DNA of 64,000 bases, from the NCBI GenBank assembly GCA_958009085.1, contig OY253669.1, positions 1,054,001-1,118,000 of the forward strand, written 5' to 3'. The translations under genes were made by a program, and so were the position numbers. Source of the DNA: Protoeuglena noctilucae (Eukaryota). Positions within the stretch are counted from its first letter, which is position 1. Every line of letters begins with the position of its first letter. Shown piece by piece: positions 12,060 through 25,026 of the stretch. The notes beneath the pieces were generated by a model. It had not been told where the DNA came from. It saw only the letters and a program-made list of their open reading frames with translations, and searched no databases.

Positions 12060-13887
12060 ATGCAAGTCGCGCGCACCGCCTCCGTCCTCCCCGGGCACCG
12101 CACGTGCGGAGCGCAGCGGGCCCGCCCTGCGACGGCACCATGCCGGGGCCGGTCGGTGGTCAGGCGTGCGCTTGCGGTGCAGGAATCCTATAGCGCGCCG
12201 CAGGATGTGAACCCCCTCGCGGCGGCCCCGCCCTTCACGCTGCAGGTGCGGATCCAGCGCCGCTGCGCGTCGCAGGGATTCCCGGGGGGTTGCGCTGCCC
12301 ACAGCATCCGATTTATCGAAATGGTCGCATGCTGACGACCCAGGATCGCTGCAGGCGCCCCCCATGCGGCGCGGGGCGCATCCCCGCGTTTGCCTGGCCA
12401 GGAACGGACTTCTGCCGCAAACTCTCCCGCAGGATATCAGGAAGGCGATCCCCGAGCACTGCTGGGAACGCAACGCGCTCGCATCCATGGGTTACCTCGG
12501 TGATCAGTCGCTGCGGCCGGCCCCCGCCCTAGGTCTGTTGAAGCCGCCACCCGCCCGCGTGCTGTCGCGAGAAAGCGTCCTGGCCCTCCCCGCCCACAGC
12601 CCGCGACGTGGCCGTCGTTTTCGGTCTGGCATACGCCGCCTTCGCAATCAACCAGCCTTGGGTGTGGCCCCTGTACTGGGTCGCGCAGGGCACCATGTTC
12701 TGGGCGCTCTTCGTCGTCGGGCACGACTGCGGCCACCGCAGCTTCTCCAACAACAACACGCTCAACGACCTGATCGGCCACCTCACCCACTCGTCGATCT
12801 TGGTCCCCTACCACCCCTGGCGCATCTCGCACCGGTGAGGCGCTGGCAGCAGCGCGTCTTGAGCCTCCTAGCCGCGACCCCTGGAGACCGTGGAGTGTCC
12901 GCAAGTCGCGCCTCAGTTCGCCGCCCCCATCTTCTCCCCCTTGGGGAGGGCTTCCCTCGCCAACGGCTCACCCTCCCCTTTTGCCCCAGGACGCACCACG
13001 CGTACCACGGGCACGTCGAGCTCGACGAGAGCTGGGTCCCCACTCCCGAGTCCGAGTATCGGTCTCTCAACTGGTTCCTCCGGTTCGTGCGCTTCTTTCC
13101 CGTCGCGTCCCTGTTCCTCTACCCCTTCTACCTCGCCCAGGCCGGCCGCGGCTCCCACTACGACCCCAACGGGGCGCTCTTCACCGAGAGCGAACGGGGC
13201 CTCGTGGTGCAGTCCAACCTGTGGCTGACGGGCATGCTGGGCCTCCTGGCCTTCACGGCCTCCAAGATCGGCCTCGCCATGACCGCCGGCCTGTACTTCG
13301 TGCCCTACCTCGTCTTCGTCGCCTGGCTCGACTTCGTGACGTACATGCACCACCACGGCCCGGAGGACGGGGAGCGCGTCCCCTGGTACCGGGGTGAGGA
13401 GTGGTCCTACCTCCGGGGGGGCCTCTCGACGCTCGACCACGACTACGGCATCTTCAACAAGATCCACCACGACATCGGCACCCACGTTGTCCACCACCTC
13501 TTCCCCCAGGCGAGGACGCCTTCGCAGACTTCATGCGGCGGCTCCCCTGCTCTGCGCCGGCCTGGCCTTATCCGCGACACGCCTCTCCGCCCATGCAGAT
13601 GCCCCACTACCACCTCTGCGAGGCCACCGAGGCAGTCAAGCCCGTCATGGGCCCCTACTACCGCGAGCCCAAGAAGAGCGGGCCGATCCCCTTCCACCTG
13701 TGGGAGACCTTCTCGGCCGCCCAGGCGCGGGACCACTACGTGCCCGACACGGGCGACGTGGTCTTCTACCAGGTGAGGCCCGCGCTGTGGAAGGGTCCCG
13801 GCTGCTCGCGGAGTCGCCGCCGACCTCCCGCTGAGCTCTGGCCCCTCCTCGTCTTTGCAGACGGACGCAAACGTGCTGAAGCCCTAG
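12060..13887 (+). CDS. FAD7: Plastid omega-3 fatty acid desaturase, 6 exons
   Basis: His boxes HDCGH, HRTHH and HVVHH. Motifs [17 protein letters not shown] and [14 protein letters not shown]. Transit-peptide-like N-terminus. GC donor at 13510. Confidence 0.93.
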
Positions 13888-14264
13888 TCGCCGGGGGCGC
13901 ACAGGCATCAGTGCCCCGCGATCCGCCAATCCTATTTTCTTACGGACAGCTACCCTTCCCTCTATTGCACCACTTGATAGTCCACACGAACAGTGCCATG
14001 GGCTCCTGACGCACGGAGTCTGTACAGTTTAAAGGCCTGCACCGCTTTTGAAGGCGCGGTGGGTGCTGCCACGCGAGAGAGCTAGCGACTGGGACGCACC
14101 GCGTCGTGTTTGATCCGGCAGGAATCGTCGGAGGAACACAGGACAGAGTCCTGACAGGAGGTACCGTCTGACGTGAGCATTTCCAAAGCCTCCGGCGCGG
14201 GGTTGCCGAGCGACACTCCGCGCGCGCACGCAGACGTCCCCGTCTTCATTGCAAGGGGACCACC

Positions 14265-17200
14265 ATGACGACCGGGAAGGAGGAGTGCGTGAAAGTGGTG
14301 GTCAGATGTCGGTGCGTAGAAGCGGGGCGCGTCCCGGCGGGCCCGCGGCGCTCGCGGGGCCGGCGAGGTCGGCCAATCGACATGTTTGAGTAACCTTCCA
14401 CCGCGCAGGCCCCCAAACTCGAAGGAGATCAATGAGGGCCGCAAGAACATCGTCACGATGGACGTGAGCCGGGGGGAGGTGACGGTGGTGAATCCCAAGG
14501 CGGAGCCGGGCACCGCGCCGATGCGCTTCACCTTTGACCAGGTCTACGACATGGACACGCGTCAAATCGACCTTTACGACATCACGGCGCGATCCATCGT
14601 GGACAGCGTCCTGGACGTGAGCGCATGCCGAAGCCCCTTCGCGCCTCGCCGATTTTCGCCCCTGTTCCGAAGCCCTGACATCATCCCTTGGCTGCTCCCG
14701 CGCAGGGCTACAACGGGACCATCTTCGCGTACGGCCAGACGGGCTGCGGCAAGACATTCACGATGTCGGGGAAGGAGGACAGCGAGGAGCTCCGGGGCGT
14801 CATCCCGCGATGCTTCAGGCGAGGAAGGGGCTCATACGCTGCGCTCTAGGACCGGGACCAACGGCTGCAGCGCATCGGCGGGCTGCATGCGGACCGTGTC
14901 ACCACCGTGCCAACTTCGCAGGCACATCTTCTCGGCCATTTCCAACAACTCCGTGCGCCAGTACGTGGTTCGGGCATCCTTCCTCGAGATCTACAACGGT
15001 GGGTGGCGGCAGGCCCGGCTCCTCGCAGTCCCATGCGCCCACGCTGGCCTGCAATGTTGCTGGATGCAGGCCTTGTCCCCGCGCCGCAGAGGAGATCCGC
15101 GACCTGCTGAGCCGTGACCAGACTCGCCGCCTCGAGTTGAGAGAGAACGTGGAGAAGGGCGTCTACGTTCCCGACCTGTCCCAGCTCGCGGTATCGGGGG
15201 TGGCGGAGCTCGAGACGGTCCTCCAGGTCAGCGGCTGAGGTCCCTGAGGGTGTTTGACTGCCCTTTGCAATTACAGTAGCAAAAAGGCCTAGGAATCTTG
15301 TCCCACGCCCCTCGGCCCTCCCGCAGGTGGGAACCAAGAACCGCTCCACTGGTGCGACCAAGATGAACGAGGGCAGCTCGCGGTCCCATTCGATCTTCAC
15401 GATCACCATCGAGTGTGCGGACAAGGACATGGGTGAGCGCAGGGCCGCATGGGCCGCGCACGCTTGCCGCCTCGGCTGACGTTGCAGAAAGCGCCCAGGG
15501 GTGCGTTCCTGGTAGCGGTTGCTGAGTCACTCGGGCAACCTCGTCCCCGCAGACAACCCGGACTCGGAGGGCGGCACGGGCGGTCACATCCGGGTGGGGA
15601 AGCTCAACCTGGTGGACCTGGCCGGGTCGGAGCGGCAGGAGAAGACGGGTGCGACGGGGCAGAGGCTCAAAGAGGCCACGAAGATTAACCTCTCGCTTTC
15701 GGCGCTGGGCAACGTGATCAGGTGCGGCGCTGCCGTGGCCACGCTCCCCGGGCTCGGCGCAGGGTCGCCCCCAGCACCACAGCTCCTCCGCCACAGCATG
15801 CGGCACCCACCCGCCCCCGCCCCGTCGCGTCGCAGCTCCCTGGTGGACGGCAAGTCGCAGCACATCCCCTACCGCGACTCGAAGCTCACGCGGCTGCTCC
15901 AGGACAGCCTGGGCGGCAACACCAAGACGTGCATGGTGGCCAACATCTCTCCGGCGGACTACAACTACGACGAGACCATATCCACGCTGCGGTACGCCAA
16001 CCGCGCCAAGAACATCCAGGCGAGGCCGCCTTGCGATATTAGCTCGCGCGGCTCACTGGGACGGGCGCCCGAGCCGGGGGCGACGGGCGCGGGGCGATGG
16101 GACGACCTCACCACCATCATGCCGCCCTTGGCTCGTGCAGAACAAGCCAAAGATCAACGAGGATCCCAAGGACGCGATGATTCGGGAGATGCAGGAGAAG
16201 GTGGCGAGGCTGAAGGCAGAGCTGGCTGCCAAGGCCGGGGGTGCGCCCCCACCCCCGCAAGTGGTCAAGAAGGTCGTGGAGGAGGGGCCGGGGGAGGACC
16301 AGCTCCTCGAGATCCGCGAGAACATGATGAGGTGACGGCGGAGGCGCGCCTGGGGCCGCTGGGGGGTTATGGTGCCCAGCGAGTTTGCCGGAGGACGCGG
16401 CGCATGGTGCTCATGCTTCGCCTGGCACGATGCTCTGCGCAGGGAGCTGAAGGAGAAGATGGAGGCTGCGGCGAACGAGAAGGCGCGTGCCAAGGCGAAG
16501 GAAGACGCGGAGAGCATGGCCAGGAAGGCGCTCGAGGCGCTGCTGCAGGAGCAGAACAAGACGGACGAGCAGCGCAAGTGAGCGGGCGACGGCGGTGGCT
16601 CGATGCTAGCGGGCGACAAGGCGCGGCTCACTTGATACCACTGAGACCCCGAGTCTTGACGGGGCGCAATGTGGAGGTCTAACCCCTGCGACTTTGTTCT
16701 CAGGGCCATCCAGGCCGCTCTCGCGAAGCAGCACGCGGAGATGGAGGCCTACGCGTCGCAGATCGAGGAGGAGCAGCAGGAGAAGGAGAGACTGGAGGCG
16801 CAGCTGCGGGAGATCGAGAGCAAGGTGGGGCCGGGAGGCGTGCTTGGTCAGAGTGACTCTGAAATGACGTCTTTTGGCTCTCTTGTCCGAGCAGTGCGAA
16901 TGCTGCACCGGCAGCGCGTGGTGCCTGCTTGAGGCAGCACGCCCGTGACCGTCAGCAAAACCCTCTGGCTGTCCATACAGGTCCTGGAAGGCGGGGTGAA
17001 CTTGATCGAGCAGGTCGAGAAGCTGGAGAGGGAGGGCGAGGATATGGAGCGGAACATGATGATTCAGAGGCGGCAGGAGGAGGAGCTGGCGCGGAGGCTG
17101 AGGTGGGGAGCGGCGAGGGCGGGCGCACGTGCGACGTGTCTTTCGCTTTGACGCACAACTCAGCTAGTCCCCGCGGCCATCGCTCGCAGAGAGCTCAAGG

Positions 17201-18133
17201 AAGAGGAGATGCTGGAGCAGAAGAAGTTCAAGGACGTGAAAGAGGAGGTGGCGGCCATCAACAAGCGCATCACGGAGGTGCAGCAGCAGTACGACCAGCG
17301 CATGTCCGAGGTGAACGAGGTGCAGAAGATCCATCAATTGGAGCGAGAGGATCTGCTCGGCCAAATCCGGGAGCTGGAGCAAATCATCAAGCTGAGGTGC
17401 GGACGGCACGAGCGCCAGCGGCGTGCGCCTGACTCCGGCACGCCGCGCCCGGTCGGTCTAACGCACAGCAACTGCACTGCGCCTGTCACGCAGGGACCTC
17501 GTCATCTCGTGGTTCATTCCGCCCGAGTTCCTCGCGGTCATCAAGGACCACTGCTACCAGGACCCCACCACGGAGGACTGGGTCGTCAACAACGCGCACT
17601 TTGCGGGGAACGCCGCGCGCGAGCAGGCGGAGGCCGCGGAGGCCAACCGGGTCCGCGCCATGGACGCCAGCTCAGACGCGGCCGACACGGCCAGCGTGTA
17701 CTACAGGCAAGCGGCCGCGACCCGGCACGACGCAACGCGGGTGCACAGCTTGCAGGCTGCGTTTGGCTGCAGCCGACCGGGCTCGGTCTCCGCTCGTTTG
17801 CAGCTACAAGCAGCTCAAGGGGGAGGACAGCGGGCAGGGCCGCTCGGGGTCGGCGGGCAGCGGCACGGGCCGCGCGTCGGGGATGGGGAAGAAGCGGCCG
17901 CAGAGCCGCATTGGGTCGATAATGGCGCGGCCGTCCTCGACGCGGGAGATGAAGGCGAGGTCGCCTCCGCAGCGGCAGTGCCAGGTGCTTCGTGATGGCT
18001 TTGTGACGGACCCTTGCCCTGCTCTCCTTTGCAGGTGCCCACCGACGCTCATCAGGGCAAGGCGGGTGGCCGACCACCTCCTGCATCGGCTGGGGAAGCC
18101 ATTCCGTGGGCGAGGGGGCTGGTGAAACGGTAG
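14265..18133 (+). CDS. FLA8: Kinesin-II motor subunit (FLA8/KIF3B-like, intraflagellar transport), 16 exons
   Basis: Motifs [67 protein letters not shown] and [12 protein letters not shown], then coiled coil and C-terminal ARGLVKR. Confidence 0.9.
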
Positions 18134-18493
18134 GTGCCATTGTCTGGCAGCGCGTGGCGACAGTCACTGACAGTGTGATGCATGTCGCCTTCCTGCGCTC
18201 AGATTGCCCATCGCCGAGAGCATGGTGCAGTTCCAGTTGCAAATCTCGTGCGCTAGAGACGCGTAGTTTTGTGCATAGGCACAGCCCCGAGGAAATCCCC
18301 CAAGTGCCGTGAATTGTGAACCGGACTGTGCGCCCCGTATCCCCTGCAATCGCTTGTGCTGCGCATTGCGCGATTGCGTCGCTGCCGGGGGACCTAATGC
18401 GCGGGGAGTTGCGGGCTGCGGCTGCGCTGCTCCGCGGGGGCCAGGCCGCTTGCTCGAGCTCAATGTCTGAGCCGTGGTGAGTCCCTGAGAACC

Positions 18494-19243
18494 ATGGAGT
18501 TGTAAGCGCCCCGATGAGGGTGGCGTGGCGTGACGTCGACTCGCTGCTGCCCGCCGGGGGGCGTGCGATGCAGACGTGGCTGCTCCCGCGCCACGCGAGG
18601 GTCTCGGCTGTTGATGACCACTGCCGCTCGTTGCATTCCTATGCAGTGTGCTTTGGATGCGTTTTTTTGCCAAAGGGACTGCGCCGGTGTCCGCCAACGA
18701 TCTCGTTCTGCCGGACGATCTGATTCCCGGTGTCCGGGAGAAGTCCGAGAAGCGCCGATGGCCGACGACAGCAGACATCAACATCAAGGTGCGTTGCATG
18801 CTCGCCGCGGTCCCATCGGCCGGTGCCCTGGCCTTTTGGACGACATGAGCAGCGAGTCCTGCCATTGCTGGCCCTGCACGCGCCGCAGAAGAGGTCATTG
18901 CACCTAGCTTTTGTCGCCGATGTGTTCCTGATCGCCGCCTGCCTCTTTCCTGCAGGGGTGGGTGAAGGCGCACGTGTCGGTGCCAAAACAGCTGAAGTTC
19001 AAGGGTCCCCAGACGTACATTCCTCCCAAGGGCGTGGACAGAATGGCAACTCTGCTTGCGGACGGGGGCAACCCGTACGCAGACCTCCTCGGAGTGCTGA
19101 CCGGGCCTGCGGCTGGGACGGCGCACGTGCTGCGGGCAGCGGTGGACAAGGCAGCGTCGTTCGGGGCAGTCAAGGACTTCAACTACCTGCAGCAGTACGT
19201 CGCGCGTGAGAAGGCGTCGGGGGGCGAGGCCGGCGACCCCTAG
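18494..19243 (+). CDS. Hypothetical protein, about 145 aa, 3 exons
   Basis: In-phase splicing ATG GAG TT|gtaagc...cag|T GTG and AAG|gtgcgt...cag|GGG TGG, with host-like codon use. No family recognised. Confidence 0.5.
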
Positions 19244-19414
19244 CACGAAAGTTCAGGGCACTGCGTCAGGTTTTCTGGGCCGTCTTGTCTTGCAGGCCTC
19301 CAGATCTCTTGCCACTTCTCACACGGATGGACATAGCTGAGATATTTTGACTGGGCGCTGGAGAACTTGAAGTAGAAGAGGTGGCACGCCGGTGTGGGCA
19401 CTTCGCCACGCGCG

Positions 19415-20423
19415 ATGGGGGAGGAGGTCCAGCTGTTCGCGTCGAAAAAGGAGAAGGAGCACGTGGAGCATCTCGGGGACCTATACGCCATCTTTAGGTG
19501 ACGGTTGTCCCGCTGCGGAGGGGCCGCACGCCGCGGCGTGGAAAGGCAGTCGTGCGAGACAGATGCCGCCCCGCCCGCGCGCAGGACGACTGACAAGCTC
19601 GAGAGGGCTTTCATTGGGGATCACATCAGCGCGGGGGAGTATGAGACTGCGTGCGGGAAGCTCATAACGCAGGTGGGCCGCGGGCAAGGCGCAATGGAGC
19701 GCGTACCGACACGCTTTTCCTCCCGCTGCCGCGCCGCGACCTCGCTGCCGGTCCTGATGCGCAGTACCGGACGCTGCGCAACATTCTCGAGAGGGACGGG
19801 TTGCAGATACCTCAGTTCGTCGAGCAATACAGCGTCCAGTGCCCGTATGCGGAGGCACGCTTCGCCATCGGTGTCCCCGCGACCCTCGAGCACGGTCTGA
19901 GGCGAGCGTCGGGGATAGAGGATCTAAGAAAAGACGTAGCTGTCAATTTTTCGCGAGGGAGATCCACCTGGACGCTTCTGGCCTTTGCAGGAGGTCGGAG
20001 GCGCCCGCCAATGCGGCTGCAGTGGGGCAGGTGACGGAGGAGTTTATCAGCACGATCGATCATTTGGAGATGGCCAGCGACTGCTCGGTGGACGCGCTCA
20101 TGCCGGACGTGCAGGCGCTCCTCAACCACCTCCGGGGCTTTGCGCTCCCTCCCGACTCGCCCATTCGGCAGCGCCTCCTGAGCTGGCAGGTCACGCTGGA
20201 CGCCAAGGGGGCCACGTACGAGGTGACAGCCTCGCATGCGACGACGTAGTCGATCCGGATATGATTCAAGACGCCAGCAGCTGCGCTGCCGCACACCCCA
20301 GTCACAGTCCATCCCCTGTTCGCAATCTCGCAGCTCACGGAGGACGAGTACAGGCGGCTCAAGTACGACGTCAACCAGTGCTACACCGAATTTAAAGACT
20401 TCTTGCAGCGGGGCGGCGCATAG
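19415..20423 (+). CDS. VPS28: ESCRT-I subunit VPS28, 5 exons
   Basis: LGDLYAIFRTTDKLERAFIGDHISAGEYETACGKLITQY, FAIGVPATLEH and LTEDEYRRLKYDVNQCYTEF. Confidence 0.9.
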
Positions 20424-20484
20424 GCCGGGCAGCGCTGCACGTAGCGTGGTGCAGCGTGCACCCCACCGTTCCATGCACGTTTTC

Positions 20485-22420
20485 TCAAAGGTCGACAGTG
20501 ACCTTGCCCCGCAAGGCGGCCCAGAGAAGCTTGAGCTGGAATGCGAGGGGGTTGACCCCCATGAGCCCCCGGGACAGCTGTGGATCCATGACGTTGAAGT
20601 TGAGACGCTCTAGCTTGGACAACACCATCCTGTGGGCAAGAAAGCCAAGAGACGCACCGTCTGTCATTTCGCTGCGACTTACGAACCGGCAGGAGTTGGG
20701 TGGCCATCGAGTGGCGCGTGTGGCAACCCCGCTGACCCACCCCGGGTGCACGGCGTGTAGCAGCATCAGCTTCTGTTTGGCGGAGAGCTTGGGGTGTATC
20801 GAAAGAGCCTCCTTGAGATGCGCGCGAGCCACCTTCGCCAGCTCGAACGCCGTGTCCTGGGAACGCGAACGGCCGCAACTAGGGTCAATGGGTCACAGGG
20901 ACACCCATCGAGGGTGGCGGCGAAGCCAAGCAAAGCCGCCTGTGACACCCCGCCACGTGCAGACACGTACCTGCACGGCGTTGACGTCGAAGTCCCCTTT
21001 GAACAGGGCGTCCTCGTTGACCCCAAACTGGTCACTGCGAGGGTGGGCCCGGCACGAGGTGCACAGGTTAGGGCCGCACCTCCACGCAGCGCCATGACCC
21101 AGCGCCATGCCAGCTACCTCAGCTGGTTTTCCAAGCACCCGGCGGATGCTCACCACATGTCCGCTGGCAGGTAGACGCGCCCCTGCTCCAAAAGTGGCAC
21201 CGTGCCAGCCAAGAGCTGGGCGATGCCCTGCGCCTTGCCCAGGTGCGAGAGGGCGTGGTCCAAGTCCGCGCTGGACAGGCCCGAGCACTGCGAGGGAGAG
21301 ACGGGCTTGTTGTGAGCAAAGACGCCAATCTGGGCGTGGCCCGGCTGTCCGGGTTGCAAAGTGGCTCAGTCACGACACAGGAGGCAACGAAGAGTTCTAT
21401 CACCTCCGCGATGATGTAGTTGCTGTTGCTGCGCGTACTCTCTGCAAACGCCTCCAGCTCTGCCAAGCTCTGCGGCTGGTGAGGGTCCGTGAAATCCTGT
21501 GCCCGCGCGTCCACAATACGGTTGATCCGATACCTGTGGGTGGACAGGGAAGTTTGATGAACGGACGTTCGCTGGCTATGTGCTGCGGGCGTGAGGGGTC
21601 GCATGAGTGGCGTCTCCCGTGCAGCAGCGAGGACTCACCGTGACACGGGGGCGTGCAGGTTGAGCTGTTGCAGCGCCCGCAGGACAGGGTGGTCGGGGCA
21701 GTTCTCCCCCTTGAGAGCGGCTGCGGCACAAGACGAGCGGGTGAGCGGGTGTTCCGACCGTCTGTGGGTAAGGGCAGCGCCTGAGCACACAGGCCAGCGC
21801 GAGGGGCGTCCCACGCACCGTTCACGCCATCCTTCCACCACTGCATCCGCACGCTCGCAAGCTCCGGCGTCTTGGCCTGCACTCCCGCGTTGATGAGCTC
21901 TGCGGCGCATGATGACGGAGCCAGCGTCACGATGCCGCCTTCGTTGCCACCGTGGTGAGGCCACGCCACCCACCCAGCCCCGGCCATCACCGATGTTGAG
22001 CGCCCGAATGATGATCTCCGGCGTCCGCATCCCGTGCGTCATGTGGGACGTGGGCATGTAGTGGGCGTAGTCGAATCTCCGCAACAACGAGTAACTGCGG
22101 GGGGCACGGGTGCCGTCTTTGGACACGATGGCGCCCCGGCGGACCTGCCGCGGATCGACATGGCGCCGGCATGTGAAGAGTCACGACCATCGCTGCGGAT
22201 CTCGCCTGTACCGCATGTCCTCGCGCAGCTGCTGCGATGCGCTCACTGCCTTCATGTTGTGCTTCCCCACGGAGTAATCATTCGGTTTGTTGCTCATCGC
22301 CCTGGCCAGTGTGGATAGCAAGTATGGCGAAGCGGCCATCAGACCGCCCCTGGACCCGTGCGGCGCGGCGCAGCAGTGCGCGGCGCTGCTCGTCGCGTGC
22401 TGCCATGCCAGGGACCACAT
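20485..22420 (-). CDS. NDUFAF6: Complex I assembly factor NDUFAF6 (squalene/phytoene synthase fold)
   Basis: LLRRFDYAHY, IRALNIEL, VRMQWWKD, DHPVLRAL, HLGKAQGIAQLLAG and GRVYLPAD. The start codon is uncertain. Confidence 0.85.
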
Positions 22421-22855
22421 CGCGGACCCCAGGGCCCCCGTCCTCCGATCAAACCGACGCATGGATGCGACGCATCGGCGGACGTGGCGGAAATCGCCCA
22501 GGAGCCGCGAGGCTGGCGCAAGGGGCCGTGATGCTGTGTCCCGACACGGGCCTTACTCCTCTTCTAGGATTGACACGCCAAAGCAGCACTGCACCCGGGG
22601 GTCTCTTCAGCGGAACTGACGACTGCACGCTGACGAGAAACCCAAGTTGACATCGATTGTGCTGCAGCGTCAAAACCCTAAGCTGGGTAGGCCGCCAAAA
22701 CCAACTGGTCTGAGCGCTCTGCATGCCCTGCACAAACTTGGCGTGACAGGACATACTGGAGTGCGGAGGACGGCGCCGCTCGCGTCCAATCCTCGCAGGG
22801 CTGCCTCCTCCAGGCTCGCACAGGCGGCGATTTGCGTGGGTTGCTGACGGCATCA

Positions 22856-24814
22856 ATGGCGGACAGGGACACGGCAGCAAAACGCTTGAGCGTCATCGCT
22901 GGCCACCTGGCCTCGAGCGCGACGGAGGGCGTGGCGGTCCAGCCCTGCTCCGGGCTCTCCCCTCAGCCAGCGGTGAGGGACGCCGAGCTGCGTGCACTTT
23001 TTTCCATGATAAAGGAAAACGTTGTACTGCGAAGCATGCCGCAGATGTGCCTGTGCGCGTCAAGGGCGCCTTAGATAAATGCGAGGGATCAGCTCCCCGC
23101 GGGGCGTCGTAGGCGGGAAATTGGAGCGCCTTTCCTGCGCGCTGGATGGAGATGAATTACTGGAACGGCTTGGGTGCAAAACTGCCCTTATATCTTTCAC
23201 CGCTCGCAGGCCCCGCGATACACCAACGCGTCCATTGGGACCACCCCGTCGAGCTACCAGCGCATCCATGGAGAAGTGTCGCGTGAGGTGAGGTCTGCAT
23301 ATTTGGCTCGTATTGCGCCTCTCGCACGCGCGGAGCGATAGAACCGTGCCCGCACGAGGCGCGGCACAGGCCACCGACCCCTGGCCCGCAGCTGGTGTCC
23401 TGGAAGCGCGTGGCCACGCTGGGAGGGCGGGAGCTGAAGGAAGTGATTTATTCGAAAGCCGTCGGAGAGGCCATCGTGAAGATCTCCATCAACCGGCCGG
23501 AGCGCAGGAACGCGTTCACGCCCCTCACGGGTACGTCGGGCCCGTCACCGCACATGCGTTGTAGCGCCCTGCCCGCTCGGTCGAGTCTTACTCTGCTCCG
23601 GGCCCGCAGTCACGGAGATGTCCTGGTGCTTCGCCGACGCTCGCGACGACCCGGCTGTGGGCGTGGTCATCCTGACGGGCGAGGGTCGGGAGGCCTTCTG
23701 CAGCGGCGGGGACCAGGCCGTGCGCGGGAAGGGCGGGTACGTGGGCACCGATCAGATCCCGCGACTGAATGTTCTCGACCTGCAGATTCAGGTGCGGCAA
23801 AGCGCGTCTCATGCTCACATGCGCAGTGCTGCGATGCACGTTGGCCCGCCCCCGTTGTTGCCGGCAACATGCCACATGCCACATGCAGCATACCACGGCC
23901 CATGGTGTTGCCTGCGCAGATCCGGCGGATGCCGAAGCCGGTGGTGGCCATGGTCGCCGGGTACGCGGTGGGCGGGGGCCACATCCTGCACATGATGTGC
24001 GACCTGACCATTTGCGCCGACAACGCGGTGTTTGGGCAGACGGGCCCTAAGGTGACGAGTTGCTTTGGCACATCGCGTGTCGTTGAAGTGCACCGGCGGG
24101 AGCAGCGACCGGACGGAGCTTGTGCCTGCGCCGCCCGCAGGTGGGCAGCTTCGACGCTGGGTACGGTTGCTCGGTGATGGCGCGGCTGGTGGGGCAGAAG
24201 CGCGCGAGGGAGATGTGGTTCCTGGCGAGGTTCTACAGCGCGGACCAGGCCCACCGCATGGGCCTCGTCAACACGGTGGTGCCCTTGGACCAGCTGGAGG
24301 GCGAGACAGGTGAGGCGGCACTTGCAAGGGGAGGGATGGGGCTGGGGCAAACTGCAGTGGACCGCATGGCTGCGGTAACCACGCGTGGTATTGAGCATCG
24401 CGTTTCGCGGTTAGTATGTCTCGGAGCAGTTGGGTCAGGGCTGGCAAGTTGATGAACCACCGCCATTTGTTCCCTCCACGCAGTCAAGTGGTGCCGGGAG
24501 ATGCTGCGCAACAGCCCCACGGCGCTCCGGCTGCTGAAGAGCGCTTTGAACGCCTGCGAGGACGGCCATGCCGGCCTCCAGCAGCTGGGGGGCGACGCGA
24601 CGCTGCTGTTCTACCAGGCGAGGCGCGCAGAGTAACACCGGAGCGGGGGGGCTGGCCGGGGTGGAGTTACATGTCAGCCCCCTGCCCTGACCGTGTTGTC
24701 TATCAAACGCTGCGTATCTCTGCAACATCGCAGACGGAAGAGGGCAACGAGGGCCGCCAGGCGTACATGGACAAGCGGCCCCCGGACTTCGGCAAGTTCC
24801 CGCGGTACCCGTGA
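22856..24814 (+). CDS. menB: 1,4-dihydroxy-2-naphthoyl-CoA synthase with N-terminal PTS2, 8 exons
   Basis: [53 protein letters not shown] and [11 protein letters not shown]. The PTS2 reads RLSVIAGHL. Confidence 0.95.
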
Positions 24815-25026
24815 TGGGGTTCGAAGGCCCGACGTGGCAGCCGGCCTGGGCGACTAGCACCCTTGCGCCTATTTCCGCACTCTCTGCAACCGCTTCTCGT
24901 ATCACCGACCCCTTGATAGCGAGACGACGACATGCGCCCTCTCCACGCCACAGCGCAGCCGGTAGTAGCCTTCAAACCCGACAGGAAACAGAATGCTCGC
25001 AACTAACTCAGCGAACGGCGGTGCGA

